DNA of 62,701 bases, counting the filler. It is 5 parts of 5 records of this genome, joined end to end, with 100 filler letters (N's around TTAATTAATTAA, not from the genome) between each part and the next. Parts side by side here need not be neighbours in the genome. Positions count along the whole stretch, not along the records: positions 33,422 to 46,517 come from SRR20825010_1487; positions 46,618 to 57,507 come from SRR20825010_1488; 3 more parts are not named here. One strand, written 5' to 3'. Below, piece by piece: positions 41,013 through 51,771 of the stretch. A program made the translations under genes and the position numbers. The notes beneath the pieces are model-generated. The model was not told the DNA's origin, did not search any database, and worked only from the letters and a program-made list of their open reading frames with translations. Within the stretch, counting starts at the first letter, position 1. Each line of letters begins with the position of its first letter.

Positions 41013-44000
41013 GTGAAATATCCAGAGTACAAACAGGTCAGTTATCCGGAAATCGCAGAAACCATTCTGAAATTTTGGGAAGAAAATAAGGTTTTTGAAA
41101 AATCGGTGACGGAGCGTGAAGGCGCACCGTCTTTTACCTTTTACGAAGGGCCACCATCTGCTAATGGAACGCCCGGCATTCATCACGTAATGGCACGTGC
41201 AGTGAAAGATATCTTTTGTCGGTACAAAACATTAAAGGGGTTTCAAGTTAAGCGAAAAGGAGGTTGGGATACACACGGCTTGCCTGTTGAGCTTCAGGTG
41301 GAAAAGGAACTTGGTATCAAAAAGGACGATATCGGACAAAGCATTTCTGTTGCGGAGTACAATGAGAAATGCCGTGAGGCGGTGATGAAGTTCAAAGACG
41401 AATGGGACTTGCTCACGCAAAAGATGGGCTATTGGGTTGATCTGGATGATCCTTACATCACCTTTGACAAAAAGTACATGGAGACACTTTGGCACCTGCT
41501 AAAGAAACTCTACGACAAAGGGTTGTTGTACAAAGGGTACACCATTCAGCCTTATTCTCCTGCTGCCGGAACAGGTTTAAGTTCACACGAACTAAACCAG
41601 CCTGGAACTTATCAGGATGTTAAAGACACGACGGTTGTTGCGCAGTTCAAAGTAAAAGATGCTTCCAAACTGAGAGTTTCGGACACAGTGCATATTCTAG
41701 CATGGACAACCACTCCCTGGACGCTTCCATCTAACAGTGCATTGGCCGTAGGAGAAAACATCAATTACGCCCTGGTAAAATCATTCAACCAATACACATT
41801 CGAGCCGATCAAAGTCATACTGGCCAAAGATTTGGTGAAAAAATATTTCTCAGAAAAAGCAAGCGATCTCGCTATTGATGACTATAAAGCGGGTGATAAG
41901 CTCATCCCATGGGAAGTAGTCAAAGAATTTAAGGGGGCAGAAATTGTTGGTCTCGAATACGAGCAGTTGATGCCGTACGTGCAGCCGGAACAAGCTGCGT
42001 TTCGGGTGATCCCGGGAGATTTTGTTAGTACTGAAGATGGTACAGGAATCGTTCACATCGCTCCTACTTTTGGTGCGGATGATAAGCGTGTAGCCGATAA
42101 GGCTGGAATCCCTCCGATCATTGTAAAGGATGAGCAAGGATACGATGCTCCACTGGTAAATAAACAAGGAAAATTTGTTGCTGAGGTAACGGATTATGCT
42201 GGAAGGTTTGTGAAGGAGGAGTATTTCGAGGATGGCATCCGAAACGATCCGGATTTTAAGCCCACGGATGTGCTAATCGCCATCCAACTGAAAGAAGAGA
42301 ACAAGGCTTTCAAAGTAGAAAAATACGAACACAGCTATCCGCATTGCTGGAGAACAGATAAGCCGATTCTTTACTATCCGCTTGACTCGTGGTTTATCAA
42401 AACCACGGCGATGAAGGATCGATTGGTGGAGCTGAACAAAACGATCAACTGGAAGCCGGCATCTACCGGATCGGGTCGATTTGGCAACTGGCTGGAAAAT
42501 TTGGTGGACTGGAACCTGAGCCGATCCCGTTTTTGGGGAACGCCGCTTCCAATTTGGGTGACCAAAGACCGAACCGAAGAAATATGCATTGGTAGTATTG
42601 ATGAGCTGAAAGCTGAGGTGACTAAATCCATTGCAGCTGGCCTTATGACCAAAGAAATTGGCGAGGATTTCGATCTTCACCGTCCGTATGTAGATGACAT
42701 ACTATTGGTAAGTGCTTCCGGACAACCGATGTACCGCGAACCGGACTTGATTGATGTTTGGTTCGATTCAGGAGCCATGCCGTATGCGCAGTGGCATTAT
42801 CCATTTGAGAACAACGAAATTTTTGATGCAAACTTCCCGGCAGATTTTATTGCCGAGGGTGTGGATCAGACGCGAGGATGGTTTTTTACCTTGCACGCCA
42901 TTTCGACGCTCCTTTTTGATAAAGTAGCGTTCAAAAATGTGATCGCGAATGGTTTGGTTCTGGATAAAAATGGCAACAAAATGTCCAAGCGATTGGGTAA
43001 TGCCATCAATCCATTCGAAACGCTGGATAAATACGGCCCAGACGCGACACGTTGGTACATGATTGCCAATGCCAATCCGTGGGACAATCTGAAATTCGAT
43101 TTGGATGGCGTGGTTGAAGTTCAGCGAAAATTCTTCGGAACCTTGACCAATACCTATTCTTTCTTTTCACTTTATGTGAATCTGGACGATTTTCAGGTAG
43201 ATGAAAAAAATACCATTCCTGTTAAGGATCGACCAAGATTTGATCGCTGGATACTTTCCGAACTTCAGGTGTTGATTCGTGACGTGGATGTTTCGTATGG
43301 AAACTACGAGCCAACTCAGGCTGCCCGAGCCATTTCAGATTTTGTAAATAACCAATTGTCCAACTGGTATGTGCGTTTGTCACGGAAACGGTTCTGGATG
43401 AGTGAGCTGAATGCAGATAAGCAGGCAGCCTACGAAACGCTCCATGAATGTTTGCTTACGGTTTCTAAATTGATGAGCCCGATTGCTCCTTTTTATGCAG
43501 AATGGTTGTACAAAAATCTTTCAGGAAAGACAGCCGAGTCCATTCATTTGACACTTTTCCCAAGCTTTGACGAAAGTCTGATTGATGAAAGCCTGAGCAA
43601 GAGCATGCATTTGGCACAAAACATTTCTTCTTTGATTCACTCATTGAGGAAAAAGGAGAAAATCAAAGTGCGTCAGCCGCTACAGAAGATTCTAGTCCCA
43701 GTTTTGAGCAAAGCAGATAAAGAAAGTATTCAAAATGTGGAAGCATTGATTCTATCAGAAATCAATGTGAAATCCATTGAATATGTGGATGATGATTCAG
43801 GGATCCTGGTTAAGAAAATCAAACCAAACTTCCGTAAACTGGGTCAGCATTTTGGAGCAAAAATGAAATTGGTTACTCCGTTGATAAACGCTCTAAATCA
43901 GGACGATATCAAGATTTTTGAGAAAAACGGAACCTATGATTTGAGTCTTGAAGGTGAAGCGATAACGCTTACTCTAGAGGATGTGGAGATCACTTCGGAG

Positions 44001-44342
44001 GATATTCCGGGATGGCTTGTGGCGAGTGAGGATGGGTTGACAGTGGCGCTGGATATTACCATGACAGACGATCTTCGCAAAGAAGGGATTAGCCGCGACG
44101 TGGTAAATCGCCTTCAAAACCTGAGAAAAGATCAGGGCATGGAAGTTCAGGATAAAATCAATGTTCGCTATACTTCGACGGATGAGTTGATGAAAAGCTC
44201 CATACTTATGTTTGCAGATTATATTCAAAAAGAAACCCAGGCGCTTAAATTGGAGTTTGTTGAAGAAGTTTCTGATGGAACTGTAATAGATATTGACGGA
44301 ATCGAACTAACGGTTGCAATAGAAGTAGCGGTAACGAACTGA
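41013..44342 (+). CDS. ileS: Isoleucine--tRNA ligase, type 2
   Basis: FYEGPPSANG.PGIHH, GWDTHGLPVE, WTTTPWTL and KMSKR; GTG 41013 preferred over TTG 40938, which lies inside the MMPL gene. Confidence 0.96.
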   Translation: MKYPEYKQVSYPEIAETILKFWEENKVFEKSVTEREGAPSFTFYEGPPSANGTPGIHHVMARAVKDIFCRYKTLKGFQVKRKGGWDTHGLPVELQVEKELGIKKDDIGQSISVAEYNEKCREAVMKFKDEWDLLTQKMGYWVDLDDPYITFDKKYMETLWHLLKKLYDKGLLYKGYTIQPYSPAAGTGLSSHELNQPGTYQDVKDTTVVAQFKVKDASKLRVSDTVHILAWTTTPWTLPSNSALAVGENINYALVKSFNQYTFEPIKVILAKDLVKKYFSEKASDLAIDDYKAGDKLIPWEVVKEFKGAEIVGLEYEQLMPYVQPEQAAFRVIPGDFVSTEDGTGIVHIAPTFGADDKRVADKAGIPPIIVKDEQGYDAPLVNKQGKFVAEVTDYAGRFVKEEYFEDGIRNDPDFKPTDVLIAIQLKEENKAFKVEKYEHSYPHCWRTDKPILYYPLDSWFIKTTAMKDRLVELNKTINWKPASTGSGRFGNWLENLVDWNLSRSRFWGTPLPIWVTKDRTEEICIGSIDELKAEVTKSIAAGLMTKEIGEDFDLHRPYVDDILLVSASGQPMYREPDLIDVWFDSGAMPYAQWHYPFENNEIFDANFPADFIAEGVDQTRGWFFTLHAISTLLFDKVAFKNVIANGLVLDKNGNKMSKRLGNAINPFETLDKYGPDATRWYMIANANPWDNLKFDLDGVVEVQRKFFGTLTNTYSFFSLYVNLDDFQVDEKNTIPVKDRPRFDRWILSELQVLIRDVDVSYGNYEPTQAARAISDFVNNQLSNWYVRLSRKRFWMSELNADKQAAYETLHECLLTVSKLMSPIAPFYAEWLYKNLSGKTAESIHLTLFPSFDESLIDESLSKSMHLAQNISSLIHSLRKKEKIKVRQPLQKILVPVLSKADKESIQNVEALILSEINVKSIEYVDDDSGILVKKIKPNFRKLGQHFGAKMKLVTPLINALNQDDIKIFEKNGTYDLSLEGEAITLTLEDVEITSEDIPGWLVASEDGLTVALDITMTDDLRKEGISRDVVNRLQNLRKDQGMEVQDKINVRYTSTDELMKSSILMFADYIQKETQALKLEFVEEVSDGTVIDIDGIELTVAIEVAVTN

Positions 44343-44386
44343 AGCATCTGAAAAGAATAGCATTTTAGTAAAAAGCATAGCTAATA

Positions 44387-45037
44387 ATGGAAAGTAAAAA
44401 ACCCAACATCATCATTTTTTATTTGATAAGCCTGTTTGTGATCGTTGTGGATCAAGTGGTGAAAATGATCGTGCATTTCAATATGACACTTGGTGTCAGT
44501 GGGCAGATTAAATTGTTCGGCGATTGGTTCAAACTGCATTACCTGACAAACCCGGGAATGGCGTTTGGTATGGAGATGCCTTTTGAAAACAGCAAAATGG
44601 TGCTCACGTTGTTCCGTTTGGGAGCCATGGTGGCCATTGGGTATTACCTCTTTTTGCTTTACAAAAAAGCTTCACCGAAGGGGCTTTTGATTTGCATTGC
44701 TATGATTTTGGGTGGAGCCATTGGAAACCTGATCGACAGTATTTTTTACGGTGTTTGGCTGGACAATGCAGCTTATGATGCACCCACACCCTGGTTTTAT
44801 GGACAGGTGATCGATATGTTTTATGTCGATATCTGGGAAGGGCGCATTGCGGAGTGGGTTCCGTTAATCGGCGGTGATTACATGGCATTGTGGCCTGTTT
44901 TTAATGTGGCAGATTCATCCATCTTTTTGGGGATCACCTTCATTCTGATTTTTCAGAAGAAATATTTTGCCAATAAAGAAGACGAACAAACTGCCATAAA
45001 CACCGAATCCACTGAAACCAGTAGCATATCAGAGTAA
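44387..45037 (+). CDS. lspA: Lipoprotein signal peptidase II
   Basis: DQVVK, NPGMAFG, GAIGNLID, VIDM and FNVAD. Confidence 0.95.
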   Translation: MESKKPNIIIFYLISLFVIVVDQVVKMIVHFNMTLGVSGQIKLFGDWFKLHYLTNPGMAFGMEMPFENSKMVLTLFRLGAMVAIGYYLFLLYKKASPKGLLICIAMILGGAIGNLIDSIFYGVWLDNAAYDAPTPWFYGQVIDMFYVDIWEGRIAEWVPLIGGDYMALWPVFNVADSSIFLGITFILIFQKKYFANKEDEQTAINTESTETSSISE

Positions 45038-45929
45038 GGGTTTTGCCGTAATCATTGGAATCCTAGGAGTCCTCCTGTTTTCGAGTAAGGCCGTGATGGT
45101 GAAGCTCGCGTATCAGTATGGGGTAGATTCTGTTTCCTTGCTATTGTTGCGCATGGTGTTTGCCCTGCCTTTTTACGTTATTATTTCTTTGTTGCAAAGA
45201 CCAGTCATTGATAGTAGCCTTACCAGAAGAGATTTTTTGTATCTGGCGGGCTTTGGGTTCATTGGATATTATCTGGCCAGTTATTTTGATTTCCTTGGGT
45301 TGAGTTATATCAAGGCCGGATTGGAGCGGCTCATTCTCTTCGTATACCCCACGCTCGTTTTTATCATCTCTTTTGTTTTTCTGAAAAAGCCGATTACAAA
45401 AAATCAGGTTTTCGCTATAGTGATTACCTACATAGGAGTGGCCATTGTATTTTCTTCGGAACTCAATCAGGGCCAGAGTGAAAACGTAATTTTGGGCGCA
45501 ACGCTGATCTTTCTTAGTGCCTTGACCTATGCCGGGTATTTGGTCGGTTCAGGTTGGTTGATCCCTAAGTTTGGTGCGACGCGATTCACCTCCTACGCCA
45601 TGATCATTTCCTGTATCTGCGTGATTGTTCATTATTCTGCTACTACTGACGTTTCCGGTATAGTGACTTTGCAACCGGAAGTTTACTGGATTGGTTTGCT
45701 GATGGCTGTGTTCGCGACAGTGATCCCTTCTTACCTCATCTCCTTTTCCATTAAGACGTTGGGGGCGGGCAATTTCTCCATTATGGGAAGTCTGGGGCCA
45801 ATTTCCACGGTATTGCTCGCATATTTCTTTCTGGATGAAAGGCTCACGCTCGTGCAGCTGTTAGGTGCAGTGGTGGTGATCGCTGGAGTGATGATTGGGG
45901 AGCGGAAAAAAACTAAAACCGCACCCTGA
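45012..45929 (+). CDS. EamA/DMT-family transporter (start uncertain: CTG 45012 or GTG 45093)
   Basis: Multi-TM DMT pattern (GLERLILFVYPTLV, LGPISTV..LDE); an in-frame hydrophobic helix lies upstream of 45093. Confidence 0.85.
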   Translation: MKPVAYQSKGFAVIIGILGVLLFSSKAVMVKLAYQYGVDSVSLLLLRMVFALPFYVIISLLQRPVIDSSLTRRDFLYLAGFGFIGYYLASYFDFLGLSYIKAGLERLILFVYPTLVFIISFVFLKKPITKNQVFAIVITYIGVAIVFSSELNQGQSENVILGATLIFLSALTYAGYLVGSGWLIPKFGATRFTSYAMIISCICVIVHYSATTDVSGIVTLQPEVYWIGLLMAVFATVIPSYLISFSIKTLGAGNFSIMGSLGPISTVLLAYFFLDERLTLVQLLGAVVVIAGVMIGERKKTKTAP

Positions 45930-46517
45930 TCCCTGGCCCGATCAGTGAGAAGAATTTTTCTTCTTTCATAAGGTATCCGAAACCGGCGTAGAGCGGGAAT
46001 GTGAGTTTTCGGTTTGCTCCGGATGATGGGTAGATAGATCCGATTACCACCAGACCAACATCACGATTTTTGGCATTTTCAGAAAAGTTGAAGGCATCAA
46101 TGGCGATGAAACCTGCTCCAATTTTGTAGGGCTGGTACTTGGCTATCTTGCCGGGTTGATAAAAGCTGAATTGTGCTAACATGGCGAAGCTCACACCGGA
46201 AAAGTTGGCAAAATCTCTTTTGCCTTCTGATTCCTTCAAAATCAACAAACCACCCGGAAAAGAAACGTCAATGTCAAAATTGTAATTGCGCTTGAGGTAA
46301 ATGAGGATTTTCTTGCGATCTGTTCGGGTTTTGTATTTTTCTTTTGCATGGCTCACCTCAATCTCTATTCGAGACCATTCGTCCAGATCGTAGGTTTTTT
46401 TCGAGAGGTAGTTGTTCAGGTTCAGTCCGCTTCCCAGGCAGTTGGGGTCCTTGTAATGTGCCGATCGAATAGAGCCGTCGTTTGGGCAGATCACCACCTC
46501 ATCGAACTGATAGAGTT
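45913..46517 (-). CDS. Hypothetical protein, probable outer-membrane beta-barrel C-terminus (5' end truncated)
   Basis: Frame open to the gap; amphipathic strands ending GPGIRVRF. Confidence 0.6.
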
Positions 46518-46617
46518 NNNNNNNNNNNNNNNNNNNNNNNNNNNNNNNNNNNNNNNNNNNNTTAATTAATTAANNNNNNNNNNNNNNNNNNNNNNNNNNN
46601 NNNNNNNNNNNNNNNNN
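46518..46617. other. Artificial contig spacer
   Basis: N run with TTAATTAATTAA. Confidence 0.99.
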
Positions 46618-46662
46618 ACTACTGACTACTGACTACTGACTACTGACCACTGACCACTGACT
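46618..46662. repeat. 7-nt tandem repeat (ACTGACY), at least 6 units, at contig end
   Basis: act-actgact-actgact-actgact-actgacc-actgacc-actgact. Confidence 0.9.
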
Positions 46663-47257
46663 ATCCTTTCCTATATTTATCATGCAGCCCCATACCTTTT
46701 TCCAAGAGGGAAATACATTTCTCCAGTCGGGACTGCTTGGTCTTTTCCTGTTTAGCTTGAGAAATATACTCGCAATATTCCCTTTGTTTATATGGGGTTA
46801 GACTTTCATAATTTGCTTTTAAAGCCTGATTATTGTTAAGTGCTTTTTTTAACAAGGGAGGCATTGAAATTGGTTTGTTTTTTTCAGGGGCAAGGACAAG
46901 TCCTTTCTTTTGGTTGCTGATAGCCTCATGAAAATAGGCTAAAACAGTAGCCTCATCAATATCCTCCATGGTTCTAAATTTCCAGTGCCTCATGGCCTTA
47001 GTTTTACCCTCCTGTGCATTTTCCAGTACTTTTTTCGGGTCACTTAAAAAGACGCCATTATAGAACCAGATGCCGAAATGATGTTTAAAGGCTAAAATAC
47101 CTAGAACATTCTTATTGTCCATGGTGTATACAGGGATACCCCATTTGTACGCTTCAATAAGTCCGGTTTTATGGGCCAATTCCCGCAAAAGGCAAATACC
47201 TTCCCTAAAGGGCTGTTCTTTTTCGAAATATGCTTCTATCTTTTCTTGGGTCTTCAT
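46661..47257 (-). CDS. YdeI/OmpD-associated family protein (DUF1801 plus OmdA-like domain)
   Basis: KWGIPVY, WFYNGVFLSD, LTPYKQREY..AKQEKTKQSR; ATG 47257 preferred. Confidence 0.8.
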   Translation of the reverse strand: MKTQEKIEAYFEKEQPFREGICLLRELAHKTGLIEAYKWGIPVYTMDNKNVLGILAFKHHFGIWFYNGVFLSDPKKVLENAQEGKTKAMRHWKFRTMEDIDEATVLAYFHEAISNQKKGLVLAPEKNKPISMPPLLKKALNNNQALKANYESLTPYKQREYCEYISQAKQEKTKQSRLEKCISLLEKGMGLHDKYRKG

Positions 47258-47315
47258 TTTTCCTGCCAAATGAAATGTATATTGTCGCGCTGTTATGGGC
47301 ACACAAATACTTAAG

Positions 47316-48539
47316 TTATCTTTTAGCTGTAAGTTCGCAAATTTTTACGATAACATCAACCGCTTTCTGCATACTTTCTACAGGGACATACTCATATTTT
47401 CCATGAAAATTATGTCCGCCAGCAAAAATATTGGGGCATGGCAACCCCATAAAACTCAATTGTGAACCATCGGTACCGCCGCGTATTGGTTTTATAATTG
47501 GGGTAATGCCCAAACTTTCCATCGCCTCTTTGGCAATTTCAACAATATGCATCACCGGTTCTATTTTTTCCCGCATATTAAAATATTGATCTTTAATATC
47601 AAGGGATACAAAATCGCCGTATTCTGCATTCAAATTTTCCGTGATATATTGTAATAGTTCTTTGCGCTGCTCGAATTTTTTTGGGTCGTGATCCCGAATG
47701 ATCAATTCAATTTCGGCAAGCTCAATTTCTCCTTTAAGGTGGTGCACGTGAAAGAAACCTTCCCGTCCGGTAGTTTTTTGGGGCACTTCATGGCCGGGTA
47801 ATTGGGAAATAAAATCGTTGGCGATCAAAATGGCATTTACCATTTTTCCTTTGGCATAACCCGGATGTACACTTTTTCCTTTAATGATTATTTTGGCACC
47901 TGCCGCATTGAAGTTTTCATATTCCAATTCCCCAATTTGGCTACCGTCCATAGTATAGGCCCAATCGGCGCCAAATGCCGCAACATCAAAATGGTGTGCC
48001 CCGCGACCAATTTCTTCATCTGGGGTAAAGCCCACCCTGATCTTACCATGTTTAATTTCCGGATGTTGTATTAAATACTCCATGGCGGTAATAATCTCCG
48101 TTATTCCGGCCTTATCATCGGCACCCAACAAGGTGGAGCCATCTGTAGTGATAAGGGTATTGCCCTTGTATTGCAAGAGGTCATCAAAATAACTTGGAGA
48201 GAGTATTATATTTTCCGCTTTGTTCAGAACAATATCCCCGCCATCATAATTTTTTATTATTTGTGGATTTACGTCGGTAGCCGTGAAATCTGGAGAAGTA
48301 TCAAAATGGGAGATAAAGCCAATAGTAGGCACTTCCTTGTCCAAATTGCTGGGTAAAGTAGCCATAATGTAAGCTTTGTCATCTATAACTACATCCTGCA
48401 TTCCTATCTGCTTGAGTTCCTCCACCAATTTATGGGCAAGTGTCCATTGCTTGTCAGTGCTAGGGGTGGTGGCCGAGTGAGGGTCGCTTTGGGTGTCTAT
48501 GGTAATATAACTTATAAACCGGTCTATAATGTGTTGCAT
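47316..48539 (-). CDS. pepT: Peptidase T (tripeptide aminopeptidase)
   Basis: [30 protein letters not shown] and IRGGTDG. Confidence 0.95.
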   Translation of the reverse strand: MQHIIDRFISYITIDTQSDPHSATTPSTDKQWTLAHKLVEELKQIGMQDVVIDDKAYIMATLPSNLDKEVPTIGFISHFDTSPDFTATDVNPQIIKNYDGGDIVLNKAENIILSPSYFDDLLQYKGNTLITTDGSTLLGADDKAGITEIITAMEYLIQHPEIKHGKIRVGFTPDEEIGRGAHHFDVAAFGADWAYTMDGSQIGELEYENFNAAGAKIIIKGKSVHPGYAKGKMVNAILIANDFISQLPGHEVPQKTTGREGFFHVHHLKGEIELAEIELIIRDHDPKKFEQRKELLQYITENLNAEYGDFVSLDIKDQYFNMREKIEPVMHIVEIAKEAMESLGITPIIKPIRGGTDGSQLSFMGLPCPNIFAGGHNFHGKYEYVPVESMQKAVDVIVKICELTAKR

Positions 48540-48780
48540 AAAACTAAATTTTAATCAAAAATACAGTTTATTATTTTTTATTTGGGCCTGTTGTGGCAAC
48601 TGTATAGCCTAGGCTTGTCAGCCTTGTCTTGGGGAGTAAGGTGGAGTAGCCCGTGGACCTGAGGTTCAAAGCAAATTCTATTATACTATTAATGGATTAT
48701 TATGGAAAGATAACCTTCGGGGAAGCGCAGCTGGTTGTATTATTACTTTATATTTGTACTTTAAACCAGCACAAAAACCT

Positions 48781-49197
48781 ATGTGTAAGAAAGTTTTTTC
48801 CACCTTGATCCTTATTGTCGGATTTGTGATATCCGTACAAGCTCAACAAGAATGTAGTTTGGGCATTGGTGCGACGGAATCGGATACTATAATACAAATA
48901 TTTCAGCTTAAAGAAGAGCAGATAACCAATTTGGAGGAGTTTAAGGCAGCACTGGAAATTGAAACCCGTTTATTGGATGAAGAGCGGAAAAATCTTTTTG
49001 AAAATCACCCGCAAAGTACCCCTGAGGATTTAACGGCATTGGGGGCGAAGTATAAGGTACTGGAGGAGCGAATGAAACAGGTTTTTAAAAAATACGACCT
49101 TAAACTTTTAGCACTTTTCAATGAAAAGCAATACCAACGGTACGTTACCCTTTGCCAGGAAGTATCACGGCAACCCCTAGTAGTGATACCGGAATAA
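48781..49197 (+). CDS. Hypothetical secreted helical protein
   Basis: Signal peptide ending SVQA-Q, charged helical body; ATG 48781 preferred. Confidence 0.7.
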   Translation: MCKKVFSTLILIVGFVISVQAQQECSLGIGATESDTIIQIFQLKEEQITNLEEFKAALEIETRLLDEERKNLFENHPQSTPEDLTALGAKYKVLEERMKQVFKKYDLKLLALFNEKQYQRYVTLCQEVSRQPLVVIPE

Positions 49198-49278
49198 GTT
49201 GTCGTAAATGTTAATAAAAAGCGTGTGCTTAGGATAGTTTAGCACGGCTAGTTTGTATTTTTGCGGAAAATAATTTAA

Positions 49279-50322
49279 ATGTATAAGCAGCTTATCCGCC
49301 CCATCCTTTTTCAATTTGATCCAGAAAGGGTTCACCATTTCACCTTTAGAACAATTCGTTTGTTGTCCAGTATAGGATTTGCTGGAATATTCAGGACTTT
49401 ATATTCTGTCAACGACCCTCGTCTCGAACGTGAATTGTTCGGTTTGAAATTTAAAAATCCGGTGGGCTTGGCAGCGGGCTTCGACAAGGATGCCAAGTTG
49501 TACAATGAACTATCCGATTTTGGATTTGGATTTATTGAAATAGGGACCTTGACTCCCAAACCTCAGGATGGAAATCCCAAAAAGCGCTTGTTTCGCTTAA
49601 AAGAAGATCAGGCCATCGTCAATAGAATGGGGTTTAATAATAAGGGGGTGTTCGATGCTGTTGAAAATCTAAAAAAAAGTCATAGGGTTTTAATCGGGGG
49701 CAATATCGGGAAGAACAAGGTGACCCCGAACGAACTGGCAGCAAAGGATTATTTGATATGTTTTGATGCCCTGTTCGACCATGTAGATTACTTTGTAGTG
49801 AATGTTAGCTCACCAAATACCCCCGGCCTTAGGGAACTTCAGGATAGGAAACCATTGACAGCCTTGCTTAAGGAATTGAAAAAGGAAAATACCAAATTGG
49901 CAAAATTAAAGGATAGGAAGGAAAAACCTATTCTTTTGAAAATAGCTCCCGACTTAACGGATGAGCAGTTGCTGGATATTATTGGCATAGTAAAGGATAC
50001 GGATATAGATGGGGTAATTGCCACCAATACAACGATATCTCGCGATAATCTGAAATCCGATATTTTGTTAAAAGAAGAAGCAGGTGGTTTAAGCGGTAGA
50101 CCTCTTACCCAAAGAAGTACGGAAGTTATCCGCTTTTTGTCCCAAAAAAGCAATAAGGCGTTTCCCATTATCGGCGTAGGTGGAATTCATTCAGCCGAAG
50201 ATGCCCTTGAAAAATTGGACGCGGGTGCCGATTTGGTACAATTGTATACCGGGTTTATTTATGAAGGCCCGTCACTGATAAAGAGAATCAACAAGGCCAT
50301 TGTTAATAGGCTTAACAGCTGA
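49279..50322 (+). CDS. pyrD: Quinone-dependent dihydroorotate dehydrogenase
   Basis: [31 protein letters not shown] and GGLSG. Confidence 0.96.
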   Translation: MYKQLIRPILFQFDPERVHHFTFRTIRLLSSIGFAGIFRTLYSVNDPRLERELFGLKFKNPVGLAAGFDKDAKLYNELSDFGFGFIEIGTLTPKPQDGNPKKRLFRLKEDQAIVNRMGFNNKGVFDAVENLKKSHRVLIGGNIGKNKVTPNELAAKDYLICFDALFDHVDYFVVNVSSPNTPGLRELQDRKPLTALLKELKKENTKLAKLKDRKEKPILLKIAPDLTDEQLLDIIGIVKDTDIDGVIATNTTISRDNLKSDILLKEEAGGLSGRPLTQRSTEVIRFLSQKSNKAFPIIGVGGIHSAEDALEKLDAGADLVQLYTGFIYEGPSLIKRINKAIVNRLNS

Positions 50323-50356
50323 AAGGGTAGACAGTATCCCTTATATTTCACGGAAT

Positions 50357-50395
50357 AAAAAAAGGGTTGACCATCATTGGGTCAACCCTTTTTTT
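50357..50395. terminator. Bidirectional terminator
   Basis: A7-GGGTTGACC..GGTCAACCC-T7 between convergent genes. Confidence 0.85.
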
Positions 50396-50431
50396 GGTAG
50401 GACGTTAATTTTTATCCTCAAAATTCTTTAA

Positions 50432-50854
50432 CTATTTGGTCCAATAATCCACCACGGTTACATCTTCCAAATGTGGGGTCAACACCGCCCCAAAAGCCTT
50501 ATGGTCCGGATGTGGAAGATATATGGCACGATCTGCTTCACTGTGGAAGGTAAGGAAAAAACAATGGGTAAATCCTTTGTCCAATCCTTCAGGACTATTG
50601 TTTATTCCCCATTCATAACCCACTATCTGCGGTATTTTGGAAGGTAGGGCGCTAAAAGCGGCCTCTACTTTTGCAATGTCCTCTTTGGAGGTATTTGCTT
50701 TAAACTTAAAAAGTACTACATGGCGCAATACGCTGTCCTGCTTTTTGGAATTTTCCATACTTATATCCTCTTTCAAATTAGTAGTGTTCGGAAGGTTAAA
50801 ACTCATTAATAATATTGCAGCCAATAGGCTAAGGGTGTAAAAAACTGGTTTCAT
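50432..50854 (-). CDS. Dabb-family stress-responsive A/B barrel protein with signal peptide
   Basis: RHVVLFKFK..GFTHCF..YLPHPDH. Confidence 0.88.
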   Translation of the reverse strand: MKPVFYTLSLLAAILLMSFNLPNTTNLKEDISMENSKKQDSVLRHVVLFKFKANTSKEDIAKVEAAFSALPSKIPQIVGYEWGINNSPEGLDKGFTHCFFLTFHSEADRAIYLPHPDHKAFGAVLTPHLEDVTVVDYWTK

Positions 50855-51114
50855 AATTAAATTTTTGTGGAAGATATAAAAAAGATGAATAATGGTCAGT
50901 TTCCTGGTAAGATTTTTATCAAGCTTTATTCATCAATACCATATTTAAAAGCTGTAAGCTGAATACAATGCGATAGTACAATGTACTTGGCCCATAGGGT
51001 CGGACTTTAAAGATGTCCTAGGCCAGCCCTTTGGTTTAATACCATTTATATATAGAAAAAGCGACAAATAATTACTAATTTCCGACCTTTGTTCACTACG
51101 CAAGTTATTGGGAT

Positions 51115-51741
51115 TTGAATTACGATATACTATTGACATTCGTATTGGCCACGGCCGCATTGGCCATTTCTCCTGGACCGGACAATATTTTTGTGCTCAT
51201 CCAGAGTATTGCCAATGGAAAGAAATATGGCATAGCAACCGTCGCGGGATTAATGACCGGCTGTTTGGTACATGCAACCTTACTGGCCTTTGGAGTTTCC
51301 GCCATAATTAAAAGCAATCCCAATTTATTTTTTGTGATAAAGTTGTTTGGGGCGATTTATCTTGTCTATTTGGCTTATAAGGTTTTTAGGAGCAGCGATC
51401 ATTTGGAATTGTCCAATAGGGGGGTAAGTAAGAAGTCATTGGGAGCTCTATATAAACAAGGGTTTATAATGAACGTTCTTAATCCTAAGGTTACGATTTT
51501 TTTCTTGGCCTTCTTTCCGGGGTTTTTGTTCAGTAACGATATAAGCATTGTCGTACAATTTTACATACTTGCGGGGATATTTATATTGGTGTCTTTTGCC
51601 ATTTTTAGTGCCATAGCCATTCTTTCAGGAACTATTTCGAAGTATATAAAGGAGCATGGACAATTGGGAAAAGTCTTGAAATGGCTTCAGATTATCGTTT
51701 TTGTGGGTATTGCTGTTTATCTGTTGATATCTGATAAATAA
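51115..51741 (+). CDS. LysE-family translocator
   Basis: SPGPDN, GAIYLVYLA and NVLNPK; TTG start. Confidence 0.9.
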   Translation: MNYDILLTFVLATAALAISPGPDNIFVLIQSIANGKKYGIATVAGLMTGCLVHATLLAFGVSAIIKSNPNLFFVIKLFGAIYLVYLAYKVFRSSDHLELSNRGVSKKSLGALYKQGFIMNVLNPKVTIFFLAFFPGFLFSNDISIVVQFYILAGIFILVSFAIFSAIAILSGTISKYIKEHGQLGKVLKWLQIIVFVGIAVYLLISDK

Positions 51742-51771
51742 TATTAATTTTGATAAAGCTTAAGCAGGGGA

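Noticed and set aside
46618-46662. Repeat as a CRISPR array
   Set aside because: 7-nt units with no spacers and no cas genes; I saw no CRISPR array, tRNA or rRNA anywhere in the window
48580-48750. Relatively GC-rich intergenic stretch upstream of pepT as an ncRNA or riboswitch
   Set aside because: No recognisable family motif, convincing stem or terminator by eye; an Rfam search would be needed
50945-51160. 71-aa minus-strand ORF between the Dabb and LysE genes
   Set aside because: Overlaps the LysE start on the opposite strand and has no protein-like features
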